From an uncultured Anaerolineales bacterium (GTDB lineage Bacteria > Chloroflexota > Anaerolineae > CG2-30-64-16), in assembly GCA_964614645.1 (NCBI GenBank), contig CAZTMA010000002.1:19119-83118 (forward strand): a stretch of DNA of 64,000 bases, in the 5' to 3' direction. Positions 10,364-19,975 of the stretch are shown here, in pieces; within the stretch, counting starts at the first letter, position 1; the number at the start of each line of letters is the position of its first letter. The position numbers and the translations under genes are program-made. The notes under the pieces were generated by a model. That model had not been told where the DNA came from. It ran no database searches and saw only the letters and a program-made list of their open reading frames with translations.

Positions 10364-11548
10364 TCAGGACTGCCGGGTGAGCAGCCGGGAGCCGGCGGCC
10401 GCCAGCCCCAGCGCGCCCGCAACAACCAACCAGGCAGCCAGATGGGCCTCCCGGCGGGCAATCGCGCCGGACAGCCCGACGGCATTGGGCCGGGCCACCA
10501 TGACCGCAATCGGATCGTGCCGCGTGGATGTGCCGTCGAATGCGACATCCTCCAGGCTATACCAGTAGGTCATCCCGGGTTCGACTGCCGCATCGGTCCA
10601 GGCGTACCGGGCGCCCGTGGTCGCGCCCGGCGTCCGGGCCGGGATCAGCGTGGCATTGATGCGGATCCACGGCCCCTCTGCCGGCAGCCTGCGGTAGATG
10701 TTGAACCCCGCATTCTCGACCTCAGTGACGGTTTCCCAGGTGAGCTGCACGGCGGGGCCTTCGGCGTGCGCCTCCCAGGTCGCCAGCGTCACAGCCTGCG
10801 GGGTACAGATGACAGCCGGCGCAGCCGTATTGCGCGGGTTCGGCGGACCCGTGACGAAGTCGGTCGCGTTCTGATTCTCATCCTGGCAGCCATCGGCCTG
10901 CCGGATGACCGCGATCGTGTTGCCCCCGGCCGGCGCCGGATCATCTCCTTCATAGCATCTGGCGTCTGGGCCGTAGCCTACCATGTCCAGGGGCGCGATT
11001 TGGCTCGTACAGGCTTTCGGGATCGTGTTCTGGTGGTTGACGAGGTAGATCATCGCGTTGTCGTTTGCGATTTCCAGGGCGGGGTTGGCCGCGTCCACTG
11101 CCGGCAGCGGCGCGCCGCATGGTCGTGTGCCGGATTCACAACCATTGAAGCTGCTGCCCGCTGCCAGGTAATAGCCCCCTGCGGGAATGACGCCGCTGAG
11201 GTCGATGCGCAGGCCCTCACCGAACTGGTTGCTCTTGAAGTATTGGATGCTCCAGCCCGTGACATCCACTTCAGTCTGGCCGGCGTTGTGGAGCTCGACG
11301 AAATCGTTCCGGTAAGAGGCGCCAGCCAGACCACCGCCGCCGTAGATCTGGCTGATGCGGACCTCAGAGGCATCGGCAATTTGAGTGGGTGCAGGCACGG
11401 CAGGCGGCGCGCCGGCCAGCGGTATTGGTATGAGGCAGACTGCCAGCATGAGCAGGATGATGCCAAGGCGGCCAACCGAGAGCGAGTGGGATATCGCACC
11501 GCGCGACGCGCAGGTGCAGGGCGCGGCCGGATGACGAACGGGCTTCAT
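10364..11548 (-). CDS. Secreted lamin-tail-domain (LTD) protein with C-terminal hydrophobic anchor
   Basis: ATG 11548 preceded by GGAG. Signal-like LGIILLMLAVCLIPIPLAG. LTD signature ISQIYGGGGLAGASYRNDFVELHNAGQTEVDVTGWSIQY. C-terminus AAWLVVAGALGLAAAGSRLLTRQS (TM segment plus basic tail). Confidence 0.75.
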   Translation of the reverse strand: MKPVRHPAAPCTCASRGAISHSLSVGRLGIILLMLAVCLIPIPLAGAPPAVPAPTQIADASEVRISQIYGGGGLAGASYRNDFVELHNAGQTEVDVTGWSIQYFKSNQFGEGLRIDLSGVIPAGGYYLAAGSSFNGCESGTRPCGAPLPAVDAANPALEIANDNAMIYLVNHQNTIPKACTSQIAPLDMVGYGPDARCYEGDDPAPAGGNTIAVIRQADGCQDENQNATDFVTGPPNPRNTAAPAVICTPQAVTLATWEAHAEGPAVQLTWETVTEVENAGFNIYRRLPAEGPWIRINATLIPARTPGATTGARYAWTDAAVEPGMTYWYSLEDVAFDGTSTRHDPIAVMVARPNAVGLSGAIARREAHLAAWLVVAGALGLAAAGSRLLTRQS

Positions 11549-11776
11549 GGCGTGGACTCCTTTGTCTGGGGCGGAAAGCGATGAGGCACGCAAGGGGAAC
11601 GGCATGCCGGACAACAATGTGAGATGATTCGCCGTCTGCTCGTACACGCGGGATTGTAATGAGCGCGTGGGGTGCTGTCAAATACCGGAGAGGGCATCCA
11701 CGCAGCCAGGCACTTCCCAATTGCAGAATTCGGTGCGATAATCGGCTCCGAATCACTGCTCAGGACAGGCGTACGC

Positions 11777-13900
11777 ATGACGACTACTTCCGGCTACACG
11801 CTTCGTTCCGGGCTGCGGCTTCTGGCGCGGCCGGTGGACGTGCTGCGCGGCGTCCGGCGGGAGGACCTGCGCGCCGACTTCATGGCGGCCCTGACGGTGA
11901 CGATGGTGCTGCTGCCCCAGACCATGGCCTATGCCTTGCTGGCCGGGCTGCCGCCCGAGGTGGGCCTGTACTCCGCCATCATTGCCAGCATCGTGGGGGC
12001 GTTGTGGGGATCCTCCAACCAGCTCCAGACCGGCCCCAGCAATACCGTGGCCCTGCTGAGCCTGGCCGCGCTGACGCCGCTTGCCGTGCCCGGCACGCCG
12101 CCTTATCTGCTCGGGGCGAGCCTGCTGGCTTTCATGGGCGGAATCCTGCGCCTGGCGATGGGGCTGGCGCGTCTCGGCCTGCTGGTGCGCTTCGTATCTG
12201 ATGCCGTCATCGTGGGTTTCACGGCGGGCGCAGGCGTGTTGATCGTCTTCAACCAGCTTGCGGAGCTGCTGCGGCTTGACCTGCCCCGCAGCTCCGGGCC
12301 GATCGACACGGTGCGGTTGCTCACGCCTCGGCTGCACGAGACGCACCTGCCGAGCCTCGCGCTGGGTCTGGGCGCCATTGCGATTATCGTCCTGCTCAAG
12401 CGGATGAACCGCCGGCTGCCGGGGCCGCTCATCGCGATTGTCGTGGGCGCGCTGGCAGCCGTCTTGCTCGCGCTCGACGTCAGGGTGGTCGGCAGCCTGC
12501 CGCGCGGCCTTCCCCCGTTCAGCCTGCCGCCGGTGACAGACCTTGAGCTGGTCGGCGCGCTCTCAACCGCCGCGCTGTCCGTCACCGCCATCGGTTTGGT
12601 CGAGGCCATCTCGAACGCGCGCTCCATTGCCAGCCACACCGGTCAACGCCTGGACAGCAACCAGGAGTTCGTGGGGCAGGGGCTTGCTAACATCGCCGTC
12701 GGCTTCTTCTCCGGCTGCCCTGTCACCGGCTCGTTCGGGCGCTCCATGCTCAACCTGCAGTCCGGTGCGCGCACGCCGATGGCAAACGTCTTCACGGGGC
12801 TGCTGGTCGCGGTCGCCGTGCTTGGCCTGGGGCCGCTGGCCTCTTATATCCCGATGGCGTCGCTGGCCGGCGTGCTGCTGGTGACGGCCGCCAATCTTGT
12901 CGACCGCAAGGAAATGGCGCGCATCTGGCGCGGGGGCGGGGCCGACCGGCTCACCATGCTGGTCACGCTCGTGGCCACCCTGACCCTGCCCTTGCAGTTT
13001 GCCGTGCTCGCGGGCATCCTGATGTCGCTGGGCGCGTACCTGCTGCGCACCAGCACCCCGCGCGTGCGTACCGTCCTGCCGTCGGACGGATTTCGCCACT
13101 TCGAGCCCCAACCCGATGTGCCGCCGTGCCCGCAGTTGAGCATCACCGAAATCCTGGGCGACCTGTATTTCGGCGCAGTGCAGCACGTCGGAGAGGCAGT
13201 GTATCAGAACCTGGTGAGCAACCCGAGCCAGCGCTTCCTCCTGCTGCGCATGCACAGCGTCAACAACTGCGACATCAGCGGCATTCACGCGCTGGAATCC
13301 ATCGTGCGCAACTATCGCGAGGCGGGCGGCGATGTGTATATGTCGCGGGTCAGGCTGCCGGTGCTGCAGGAGATGAACGCATCCGGCTTCCTCGAATATT
13401 TCGGCCGCGACCATCTGCTGGACGAGGATGCCGCCATCGGGTACATCTTCCATCATGTGCTCGACCCGGCCATCTGCATCTACGAGTGCCCCGTCCGGGC
13501 CTTTCGCGAGTGCCAGAACCTGCCCAAGCAGCTGCCCGACATCGACGCGGGCAGTAGCATCCACACCGAGCGGCCCTCCGTGCCGGCGCCGGCTATTGAG
13601 CCCTTGGCCCTGTGGGAAGCGCTGCGGAGCGATACGCCGCCGGTGGTCATCGATGTGCGGGAGCCGCGCGAGTTCAGGCAAGGTCGCGTGCCCGGCAGCC
13701 GGTCGATACCCCTGCCCGCCCTGCTTGCGGACCCCAGCCAGGCGCCGGATGACCGGCCGGTGGTCTTCGTGTGTCGCGGCGGCCGGCGCAGCGCCCGTGC
13801 CGCCGCTGCGCTGCTGGCGGCCGGGCACAACAATGTCGCGGCCTTGCGCGGCGGCATGCTGGCCTGGGAAGCTGCGAATCTGCTGGAGGCGATGGAATGA
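11777..13900 (+). CDS. SulP-family anion transporter fused to STAS and a C-terminal rhodanese domain
   Basis: SulP N-terminus ADFMAALTVTMVLLPQTMAYALLAGLPPEVGLYSAII. STAS-like region LLLRMHSVNNCDISGIHALESIV. Rhodanese region VVIDVREPREFRQGRVPGSRSIPL...VFVCRGGRRSARAA with the active-site Cys loop. Confidence 0.85.
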   Translation: MTTTSGYTLRSGLRLLARPVDVLRGVRREDLRADFMAALTVTMVLLPQTMAYALLAGLPPEVGLYSAIIASIVGALWGSSNQLQTGPSNTVALLSLAALTPLAVPGTPPYLLGASLLAFMGGILRLAMGLARLGLLVRFVSDAVIVGFTAGAGVLIVFNQLAELLRLDLPRSSGPIDTVRLLTPRLHETHLPSLALGLGAIAIIVLLKRMNRRLPGPLIAIVVGALAAVLLALDVRVVGSLPRGLPPFSLPPVTDLELVGALSTAALSVTAIGLVEAISNARSIASHTGQRLDSNQEFVGQGLANIAVGFFSGCPVTGSFGRSMLNLQSGARTPMANVFTGLLVAVAVLGLGPLASYIPMASLAGVLLVTAANLVDRKEMARIWRGGGADRLTMLVTLVATLTLPLQFAVLAGILMSLGAYLLRTSTPRVRTVLPSDGFRHFEPQPDVPPCPQLSITEILGDLYFGAVQHVGEAVYQNLVSNPSQRFLLLRMHSVNNCDISGIHALESIVRNYREAGGDVYMSRVRLPVLQEMNASGFLEYFGRDHLLDEDAAIGYIFHHVLDPAICIYECPVRAFRECQNLPKQLPDIDAGSSIHTERPSVPAPAIEPLALWEALRSDTPPVVIDVREPREFRQGRVPGSRSIPLPALLADPSQAPDDRPVVFVCRGGRRSARAAAALLAAGHNNVAALRGGMLAWEAANLLEAME

Positions 13901-14871
13901 ACACTCCCACTGTGCTACCGTCCAACATGGGCCTGGACCTGGTGCGCGCCACGGAGCTGGCCGCGTTGGGCGCCGGGCGCTGGTCCGGGTTGGGCCGGCC
14001 TGAAGAGGCCGAGCGCGCTGCTACCGGGACGATGCGGCGGGCGCTGAACCTGATCCGCATGGATGGCATCCTGTGTCAGGGCGAGGAGAGCCGGCGCGGC
14101 GGTGAGGCCATGTTCGCCACCGGCGAACCGCTGGGGACGGGTGAGGGCCCGCAGGCGGATGTCCTGGCTGACGCGCTGGAGGGCGGGCGCCTGCTGGCCG
14201 GGGGCTATCCCGGCGCGCTCTCAGTCGTGGCCGTCGCCCCGCGCGGCGCGATCTGGACCCCGCGCGGGATGCCCTACATGGAAAAGATTGTGACGAATGC
14301 CGAGGTCGGGGCCGCGCTCGTGCCCGAGTGCATGGATGCGCCCGCAGCCTGGACGCTGGCGCTGGTGGCGCGCGCCAAGCACAAGGAAGTGCGCGACCTC
14401 GTCGTGTTTGTGTTGGACCGGCCCCGGCATGCCGACCTCGTTGCGGAGATTCGCGCGGCAGGTGCGCACGTGCTGTTGCGCGCGGGCGGCGATGTGGCCG
14501 GCGCGTTGATGGCGTGTCTGCGCGGGGGCAAAGTGGACTTGCTCATGGGCACCGGTGGGGTGCCGCAGGGGTTGATGGCTGCCTGTGCGGTCAAGGCCGC
14601 GCGCGGCGCGATGCTCGGCCGGCTGTCCGCCCGGACCGCAGACGAGGCGGCCGCGTTGCGTGCCGCGGATCCGGATGCCCGGCGCATCCGCACGGCGGAC
14701 GAGATCGTGAGCGGGCCGTATGCCTTCTTCGTCGCCACGGGCATCACGGACAGCCCGCTGCTCAGCGGCGTGCGCTACCACGGCCCGAACGCCGAGTCCA
14801 ACTCCATCATCCTGCGGGCCGAGACAGGCATCCGCCGCACCATCGTCACGGAGCACTGGCTGGCTGAGTGA
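13897..14871 (+). CDS. glpX: Class II fructose-1,6-bisphosphatase (GlpX)
   Basis: NMGLDLVRATELAALGAGRWSGLGRPEEAERAATGTMR... is a typical GlpX N-terminus. About 324 aa. ATG 13897 overlaps the SulP stop (ATGA). Confidence 0.8.
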   Translation: MNTPTVLPSNMGLDLVRATELAALGAGRWSGLGRPEEAERAATGTMRRALNLIRMDGILCQGEESRRGGEAMFATGEPLGTGEGPQADVLADALEGGRLLAGGYPGALSVVAVAPRGAIWTPRGMPYMEKIVTNAEVGAALVPECMDAPAAWTLALVARAKHKEVRDLVVFVLDRPRHADLVAEIRAAGAHVLLRAGGDVAGALMACLRGGKVDLLMGTGGVPQGLMAACAVKAARGAMLGRLSARTADEAAALRAADPDARRIRTADEIVSGPYAFFVATGITDSPLLSGVRYHGPNAESNSIILRAETGIRRTIVTEHWLAE

Positions 14872-14880
14872 TGGCGCCCC

Positions 14881-15543
14881 CTAGACGCTGGCCAATGTCC
14901 TGACGCCCACCGTCGCGAAGTACACCCCGAACCCCAGCAGGAACACGCCGCAGCCCAGCAGCACGGCACGATAGCCGCGCTCACCGAACAGCCGCCGCCC
15001 GGACCCCACCAGCAAGCTCAGCCCGCCGAGCCAGCCCAGGTCGGTCAGCCAGTGCGTCAACGCCAGGCCGCCGACCGCCAGGACGCTGCCGTTCAGCGCG
15101 GTCACGCGGGCGAGGTAGCTCGCGCCGAGCGTGGCCCACCAGAGCGACCAGTAGGGGTTCGTCACGGTGAAGATGATGCCGCCGGGGATGTGGCCGAAGC
15201 GGAGCGCGGCCGGCGCGGGTGCGGCGGCTGCCGCCGCGAGCGAGAGCTGCCCGCGGAGCGTGCCGGCGACGAGACCGTAGCCCAGCCACAGCAGCACGAG
15301 GCTGCCGGTCAGCGCGACCAGCCCGCCGACGATGGGCTGCTGGAGCCACGCGCCCAGGCCATACGCAATGGCGAATGCCAGCGGAATCTCGACCAGCCCG
15401 TGTCCGAGCGCCAGCCCTGTGCCCGCCCAGCGGCCTGCGCGCACTCCCTCGCTGATGGCCAGCGCGGTCAGCGGGCCGGGCGACAGCGCGCCGGAGAGAC
15501 TGATGAGCATGAAGGTGGCGTACAGGACGAGCAGGTCAGGCAT
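14881..15543 (-). CDS. LysE/RhtB-family amino-acid exporter
   Basis: MPDLLVLYATFMLISLSGALSPGPLTALAISEG. About 6 TM helices, 220 aa. Confidence 0.75.
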   Translation of the reverse strand: MPDLLVLYATFMLISLSGALSPGPLTALAISEGVRAGRWAGTGLALGHGLVEIPLAFAIAYGLGAWLQQPIVGGLVALTGSLVLLWLGYGLVAGTLRGQLSLAAAAAAPAPAALRFGHIPGGIIFTVTNPYWSLWWATLGASYLARVTALNGSVLAVGGLALTHWLTDLGWLGGLSLLVGSGRRLFGERGYRAVLLGCGVFLLGFGVYFATVGVRTLASV

Positions 15544-16720
15544 GCGAGAGATAGCGCACCGCGGCCGTGGTCAGCAGGGCAACGCCCAGCGGCAGCGCGC
15601 GCTCATCGAAGTCGAAGCGCGGGTTGTGGTGCGGCGCATCCAGCCCCAGTTCCGCATTGGCGGAACCCACCAGCATGAAGCACGCGGGCACGCGGCGGGC
15701 GAATTCCGAGAAGTCCTCCGACACCATCAGCGGCGGGTGCCAGCCGGCCGCATGCGCGCCGGCCACCTGGACGGCTGCGTTGCGCGCAATCTCTGCCACG
15801 GCCGGATCGTTGACCACGGCCTGCGTGACGCTCTGGATTTTGAGCTCGTAGTGCGCGCCCATGCCGTTGGTGATGCCATCCAGGAGGACCTGCAGCCGCG
15901 TGAGCACCATCTCGCGGACCGCCGGGGCAAAGGTGCGGATGGTGCCGAGCATCTCGACGGTCTCTGCGATGACGTTGAACGTGGTGCCGCCGCGAATGCT
16001 GCCGATGGTCAGCACCGCGGTCTCCTGCGGGTTGACGTTGCGGCTGACGATGGTCTGCAGCGCGGAGAGCACCTGCCCCGCAACGGCGATGGCATCGACC
16101 GCTTCGTGCGGCTGCGCGCCGTGGCCGCCCTTGCCGCGAATCACAATCGTGAGGACATCTGCCGCGGCCATGAGCGGCCCGGCCTGCGCGACCACCCGGC
16201 CCAAGGGGAGTGAATTCCAGAGGTGCAGCCCAAACGCGGCATCGGGCACGGGATCGGCCAGCGCGCCGTCCGCAACCATGGCCGCGGCCCCGCCGTCGCC
16301 TTCCTCCGCCGGCTGGAAGACAAAGAGGACGCGGCCCGGTAGCTCCGCGGCGTGCCGCGCCAGCAGCGTGGCTGCACCCAGCCCCACCGCAACATGGCCG
16401 TCGTGGCCGCACGCGTGCATCACGCCGGGCGCCTGGGACGCGTAGGGCGCATCGCTGATTTCCTGGATCGGCAGCGCATCCATGTCCGCGCGGAGCATGA
16501 CCGTGGGGCCGGGCCGGCCGCCGTGCAGGAGCGCCACGACGCCCGTCTGCCCGACGCCGGTGCGGACCTCGTAGCCCAGCTCGCCCAGGGTCTGTGCCAC
16601 GATGCCCGCCGTGCGATGCACCGCAAATCGCAGCTCGGGGTGTTGGTGCAGGTCGCGGCGCCACGCGATGAGCTGAGAGCGCAGGCCCTCGGCCTCGCTG
16701 CTGAAATCGATGTCGTGCAT
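15536..16720 (-). CDS. M20-family amidohydrolase (N-acyl-amino acid amidohydrolase / hippurate hydrolase-like)
   Basis: LIAWRRDLHQHPELRF, ADMDALPI, MHACGHDGH, and GKGGHGAQPHEAVD motifs. ATG 16720 preceded by GGGAG. Confidence 0.8.
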   Translation of the reverse strand: MHDIDFSSEAEGLRSQLIAWRRDLHQHPELRFAVHRTAGIVAQTLGELGYEVRTGVGQTGVVALLHGGRPGPTVMLRADMDALPIQEISDAPYASQAPGVMHACGHDGHVAVGLGAATLLARHAAELPGRVLFVFQPAEEGDGGAAAMVADGALADPVPDAAFGLHLWNSLPLGRVVAQAGPLMAAADVLTIVIRGKGGHGAQPHEAVDAIAVAGQVLSALQTIVSRNVNPQETAVLTIGSIRGGTTFNVIAETVEMLGTIRTFAPAVREMVLTRLQVLLDGITNGMGAHYELKIQSVTQAVVNDPAVAEIARNAAVQVAGAHAAGWHPPLMVSEDFSEFARRVPACFMLVGSANAELGLDAPHHNPRFDFDERALPLGVALLTTAAVRYLSHA

Positions 16721-16783
16721 GGATGCTCCCGCGGTAATCTGGGTAGGGACGTTTCTGTGAAACATCCCTACCCGATGGGATGA

Positions 16784-17305
16784 TCAGGCTTCCTGGCTGC
16801 CGCCGTAGGACCAGGGACTGGACCACAGCACCATGGGCTCGCCCTGGCGGCGCACGCCCGCGCCGGTCACCTCGCCCAGCATGAGCACATGATCGCCCGG
16901 TGAGGCGGGCTCATCTGCGAGGCGGCATTCGACCCAGGCCAGGGCCTCGGTGAGCAGGGGACAATGGCTGTCGGTCATGCGAAACGCCTGGCCGCCCATC
17001 GCCTCCGTGTGCTCGCTGTCAGAATGGTGGGTGAAGAAGGTCGCTGCAATGGCCTGTTGATCCTGCGCGAGGATGTTCAGGGCAAAGCGCCGGCCCTTGC
17101 GCACGGCATGAGCCAGCCGCGAATTGCGCCGCAACGCCAGCAGCACGAGCGGGGGCTGAATGGACACCTGCATGGCCCAGGTGATGGTCGCCGCATGGAT
17201 GACCTCCTGGTGACAGGCGGTCAGCACATACACGCCGTTGGAAAGCAGGCGCAGTGCGTCGGTGCGGACATCTGTCGGGGGCTGGATATCGGGCTTCACT
17301 GTCAC
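16784..17305 (-). CDS. Flavin reductase-like (FMN-binding split-barrel) protein
   Basis: ALRLLSNGVYVLTACHQEVIHAATITWAMQVSIQPPLVLLAL. GTG start region next to GGGAGG (start 17305 or 17299). Confidence 0.7.
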   Translation of the reverse strand: MTVKPDIQPPTDVRTDALRLLSNGVYVLTACHQEVIHAATITWAMQVSIQPPLVLLALRRNSRLAHAVRKGRRFALNILAQDQQAIAATFFTHHSDSEHTEAMGGQAFRMTDSHCPLLTEALAWVECRLADEPASPGDHVLMLGEVTGAGVRRQGEPMVLWSSPWSYGGSQEA

Positions 17306-17345
17306 ACCTCCCTTCGGCCGAAAACAGAGATCTTCCCGGCGGCCG

Positions 17346-17831
17346 CTAGCCGCCGTAATGCCACATGGTATCGTGCAGCGCCAGCGCCTGCGCGCCGGGC
17401 GCCTGGATGTCGCCGTCGAGGATGCGCGCGATGAAGATGCCGTGGTCGCCCTGTGTGCCGGCCTCTTCGACGACCTCGCACTCCAGCCAGGCGATCGCGG
17501 CGCCCAGCAGCGGCACGCCGCGCTCCGTCAGGTTGTACCGGTAACCGGCGATTTGTTCTGCGTTGCTCTGTGAGACCCGGAAGAAGGCCCGGGCGAAATC
17601 CGTCTGTTCCTGGCCGGCAACGTGCAGGCCGAACTGTTGCGCTGAGCGGACGGCGTCATAGATGGCCGTGCCCTTGCGCAGGCCTATCGCCACCAGCCTG
17701 GGCTCAAAGGAGGCCTGCATCACCCAACTGACCGTCGCGGCGCGCGGCCCATCCGGGCCCGCGCTGGTGACGACAAATAGTCCATAGTTGAACAGGCGGA
17801 GGATATTCCGGATCGTTTCGCCTTCAGCCAT
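17346..17831 (-). CDS. Flavin reductase-like (FMN-binding split-barrel) protein, paralogue
   Basis: ATG 17831 preceded by GGGGAGAG. ILRLFNYGLFVVTSAGPDGPRAATVSWVMQASFEPRLVAIGL. Confidence 0.7.
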   Translation of the reverse strand: MAEGETIRNILRLFNYGLFVVTSAGPDGPRAATVSWVMQASFEPRLVAIGLRKGTAIYDAVRSAQQFGLHVAGQEQTDFARAFFRVSQSNAEQIAGYRYNLTERGVPLLGAAIAWLECEVVEEAGTQGDHGIFIARILDGDIQAPGAQALALHDTMWHYGG

Positions 17832-17872
17832 GACTCTCTCCCCTCTGACGGATGCTGCTCTGTGAGTGCATT

Positions 17873-19000
17873 CTACCACAAACTGCGGTTTGCGCGGCCA
17901 GCTAACGCGTCTGTAATGGGCTCGCGCCAGGCCGGCTCGAGGTCGGCGCACGCGGCCAGGAGACCGTAGCACCCGACCAACATCTGATCGCCGTAGGGCA
18001 CGGCATTGTACACCGGCAGATCGGCGTCTGCTAGCAGGCCGCGACGCGGGCCCACGACGGCCGCGAACGTCAGGGGCAGGGGCGTATCATCGAGCACCAG
18101 TGCGCCGTGACCGTGGTCAGCAAACACCGCGTCGTGATGCACCGTCCCATCGGCCAGCGCGGTCAGCCAGCGCACCAGCGACGCGCGCGTCACCTCGCCG
18201 GTATGGTGCTCGAACAGGCGCAGGAAGCGGCCCTCGTGAAATTGGAAGGCCAGGGTGTGGAAGTTGCCGACGTTGACGATCAGCGGGTGCGGTTGGGCCG
18301 CAACCTGGGGATCGTGCCAGGCGCCCAGGATGGCTGCGGGCGCGGTGTCCATGACGACCGTCGTAATACCTGCCTGGCGGAGCGCGGTGCCGGCCAGCGC
18401 ACGCAGCCGCGTCATGATCGGCGGGACGTCCTGGGCATAGGCCGCGAAGGTGCTCAGCCGGGCATCCCGCCGCAGGCGGTCGGCCAGGTAGTCCATGCGA
18501 AACTGCCGGTCGCTGACTTCCGGGGGCGCGGCCCCGTGGTCGAACACGGCCAGCGCCAGCGCGTCGGGACGCAGCGCCACGCCGAACGCGGCGAAGGCGC
18601 GCGCAACCGCGTGATAGTCGAAGTCGCGAAACTCGACGTGCGCGAACTCAGGCTGCTCGGCCAGGTCCCGCCCCTCTTCGTCCGCAATGATCTCGATGCC
18701 GAGCTGGTCGCGTACCTGGTCCAGGTCATCGTTGAAGGTCTTCGCGGCCTCCGGGGTGGCGAGCACGCGCAGCCCGGCGCGGCGGTGGTCTTCGACCGCC
18801 CAGGAGACGGGCCCGCCGCCCATCAGGACGCCGGTAATCACCAGCGGCCGGCCCGCTGCCGTCGCCGCCCGCACCTCCTGGCCGATGAGCAGGGTCGGCG
18901 ACGGCATCACCAGCTTGAGGCTGTTCTCGATGGCCCGGTCGCTGTCGAAGAGCAGGATGTCTTGCGTGCCCGTGCCGACGTCAACGGTCAGGATTTGCAT
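17873..19000 (-). CDS. DUF1786-like ASKHA (actin/sugar-kinase fold) protein of unknown function
   Basis: [19 protein letters not shown] is a phosphate-1-type DxGxGTxD motif. Start 19000 lies 20 nt inside the lipA 3' end. Confidence 0.6.
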   Translation of the reverse strand: MQILTVDVGTGTQDILLFDSDRAIENSLKLVMPSPTLLIGQEVRAATAAGRPLVITGVLMGGGPVSWAVEDHRRAGLRVLATPEAAKTFNDDLDQVRDQLGIEIIADEEGRDLAEQPEFAHVEFRDFDYHAVARAFAAFGVALRPDALALAVFDHGAAPPEVSDRQFRMDYLADRLRRDARLSTFAAYAQDVPPIMTRLRALAGTALRQAGITTVVMDTAPAAILGAWHDPQVAAQPHPLIVNVGNFHTLAFQFHEGRFLRLFEHHTGEVTRASLVRWLTALADGTVHHDAVFADHGHGALVLDDTPLPLTFAAVVGPRRGLLADADLPVYNAVPYGDQMLVGCYGLLAACADLEPAWREPITDALAGRANRSLW

Positions 19001-19967
19001 GGGGCTGCCCAAGGATCCGCGCCTGGCCGTCGGCATGGTATGAAGAGCGGACCAGCGGCCCCGACTCGACCCACTTGAACCCGCGGCGCTCCCCTTCTTC
19101 GCGCAGCCGGACGAACTCATCCGGGTGATAGTAGCGTTCGATGGGCAGGTGGAGCTTCGTCGGCTGGAGATACTGGCCAATGGTGAGGATGTCCACGTCC
19201 ACGGTGCGCAGCTCGTCCATGACTTCCAGCAGCTCGTCCAAAGTCTCCCCCAGGCCGACCATCACGCCCGACTTGGTCAGCCCCGCGGGGTACATCTCCT
19301 TCGCCATGCGAAGCACGGCCAGGCTGCGCGCGGGGCTGGCCTGGGGCCGCACCCACCGCGAGAGCCGCGGGACAGTCTCGGTGTTGTGGTTCAGGATTTC
19401 CGGCTGAGCGTCCATCACGAGCTGGAGCGCGGCCGGGTCCGCCTTGAAGTCTGGGATGAGGACCTCGATGGTGCAGCCGGGCTGTGCCGCGCGAATCTCG
19501 CGGATGGCATTGGCGAAGATGTGTGCGCCGCCGTCGGGCTGGTCATCGCGGTCCACGCTCGTGAGCACGACATGGCGGAGGCTCATCAGGCGCACGGACT
19601 CCGCGATGCGCCGCGGCTCGTCTTCGTCGAGCGGCTCGGGCTTGCCCGACTTGACGTTGCAGAACTTGCACGCGCGCGTGCAGATGTCGCCCATCAGGAG
19701 GAAGGTCGCCGTCCCGCGGCCCCAGCACTCGCCCAGGTTCGGGCACATGGCCTCTTCGCAGACGGTGTGGAGCGTTTGCCCGCGCATCAGGCTCTTGACC
19801 TGCCAGTAGTTCTCGTTCTGGTTAAGCTTGACGCGCAGCCAATCGGGCTTGCGGCCCACGGTCAGCCCGGACTCGGCAGGCACCGGCTCCTTTAGCCGGG
19901 TATTCTTCGGCTCGCGCGCCGGCCGCGGCTCCAACGGGATCGGGTCGATCGTGACATTTTTTTGCAT
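18981..19967 (-). CDS. lipA: Lipoyl synthase
   Basis: [36 protein letters not shown] carries the auxiliary and radical-SAM Cys clusters. SSYHA near the C-terminus. Confidence 0.95.
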   Translation of the reverse strand: MQKNVTIDPIPLEPRPAREPKNTRLKEPVPAESGLTVGRKPDWLRVKLNQNENYWQVKSLMRGQTLHTVCEEAMCPNLGECWGRGTATFLLMGDICTRACKFCNVKSGKPEPLDEDEPRRIAESVRLMSLRHVVLTSVDRDDQPDGGAHIFANAIREIRAAQPGCTIEVLIPDFKADPAALQLVMDAQPEILNHNTETVPRLSRWVRPQASPARSLAVLRMAKEMYPAGLTKSGVMVGLGETLDELLEVMDELRTVDVDILTIGQYLQPTKLHLPIERYYHPDEFVRLREEGERRGFKWVESGPLVRSSYHADGQARILGQPHANPDR

Positions 19968-19975
19968 GTTACAAC

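Noticed and set aside
14872-14880. Missing terminator between the convergent glpX and LysE genes (9-bp gap).
   Set aside because: A 9-bp gap is too short to hold any structure. This is probably just tight packing with termination inside the opposing genes, so it was not pursued as a feature.
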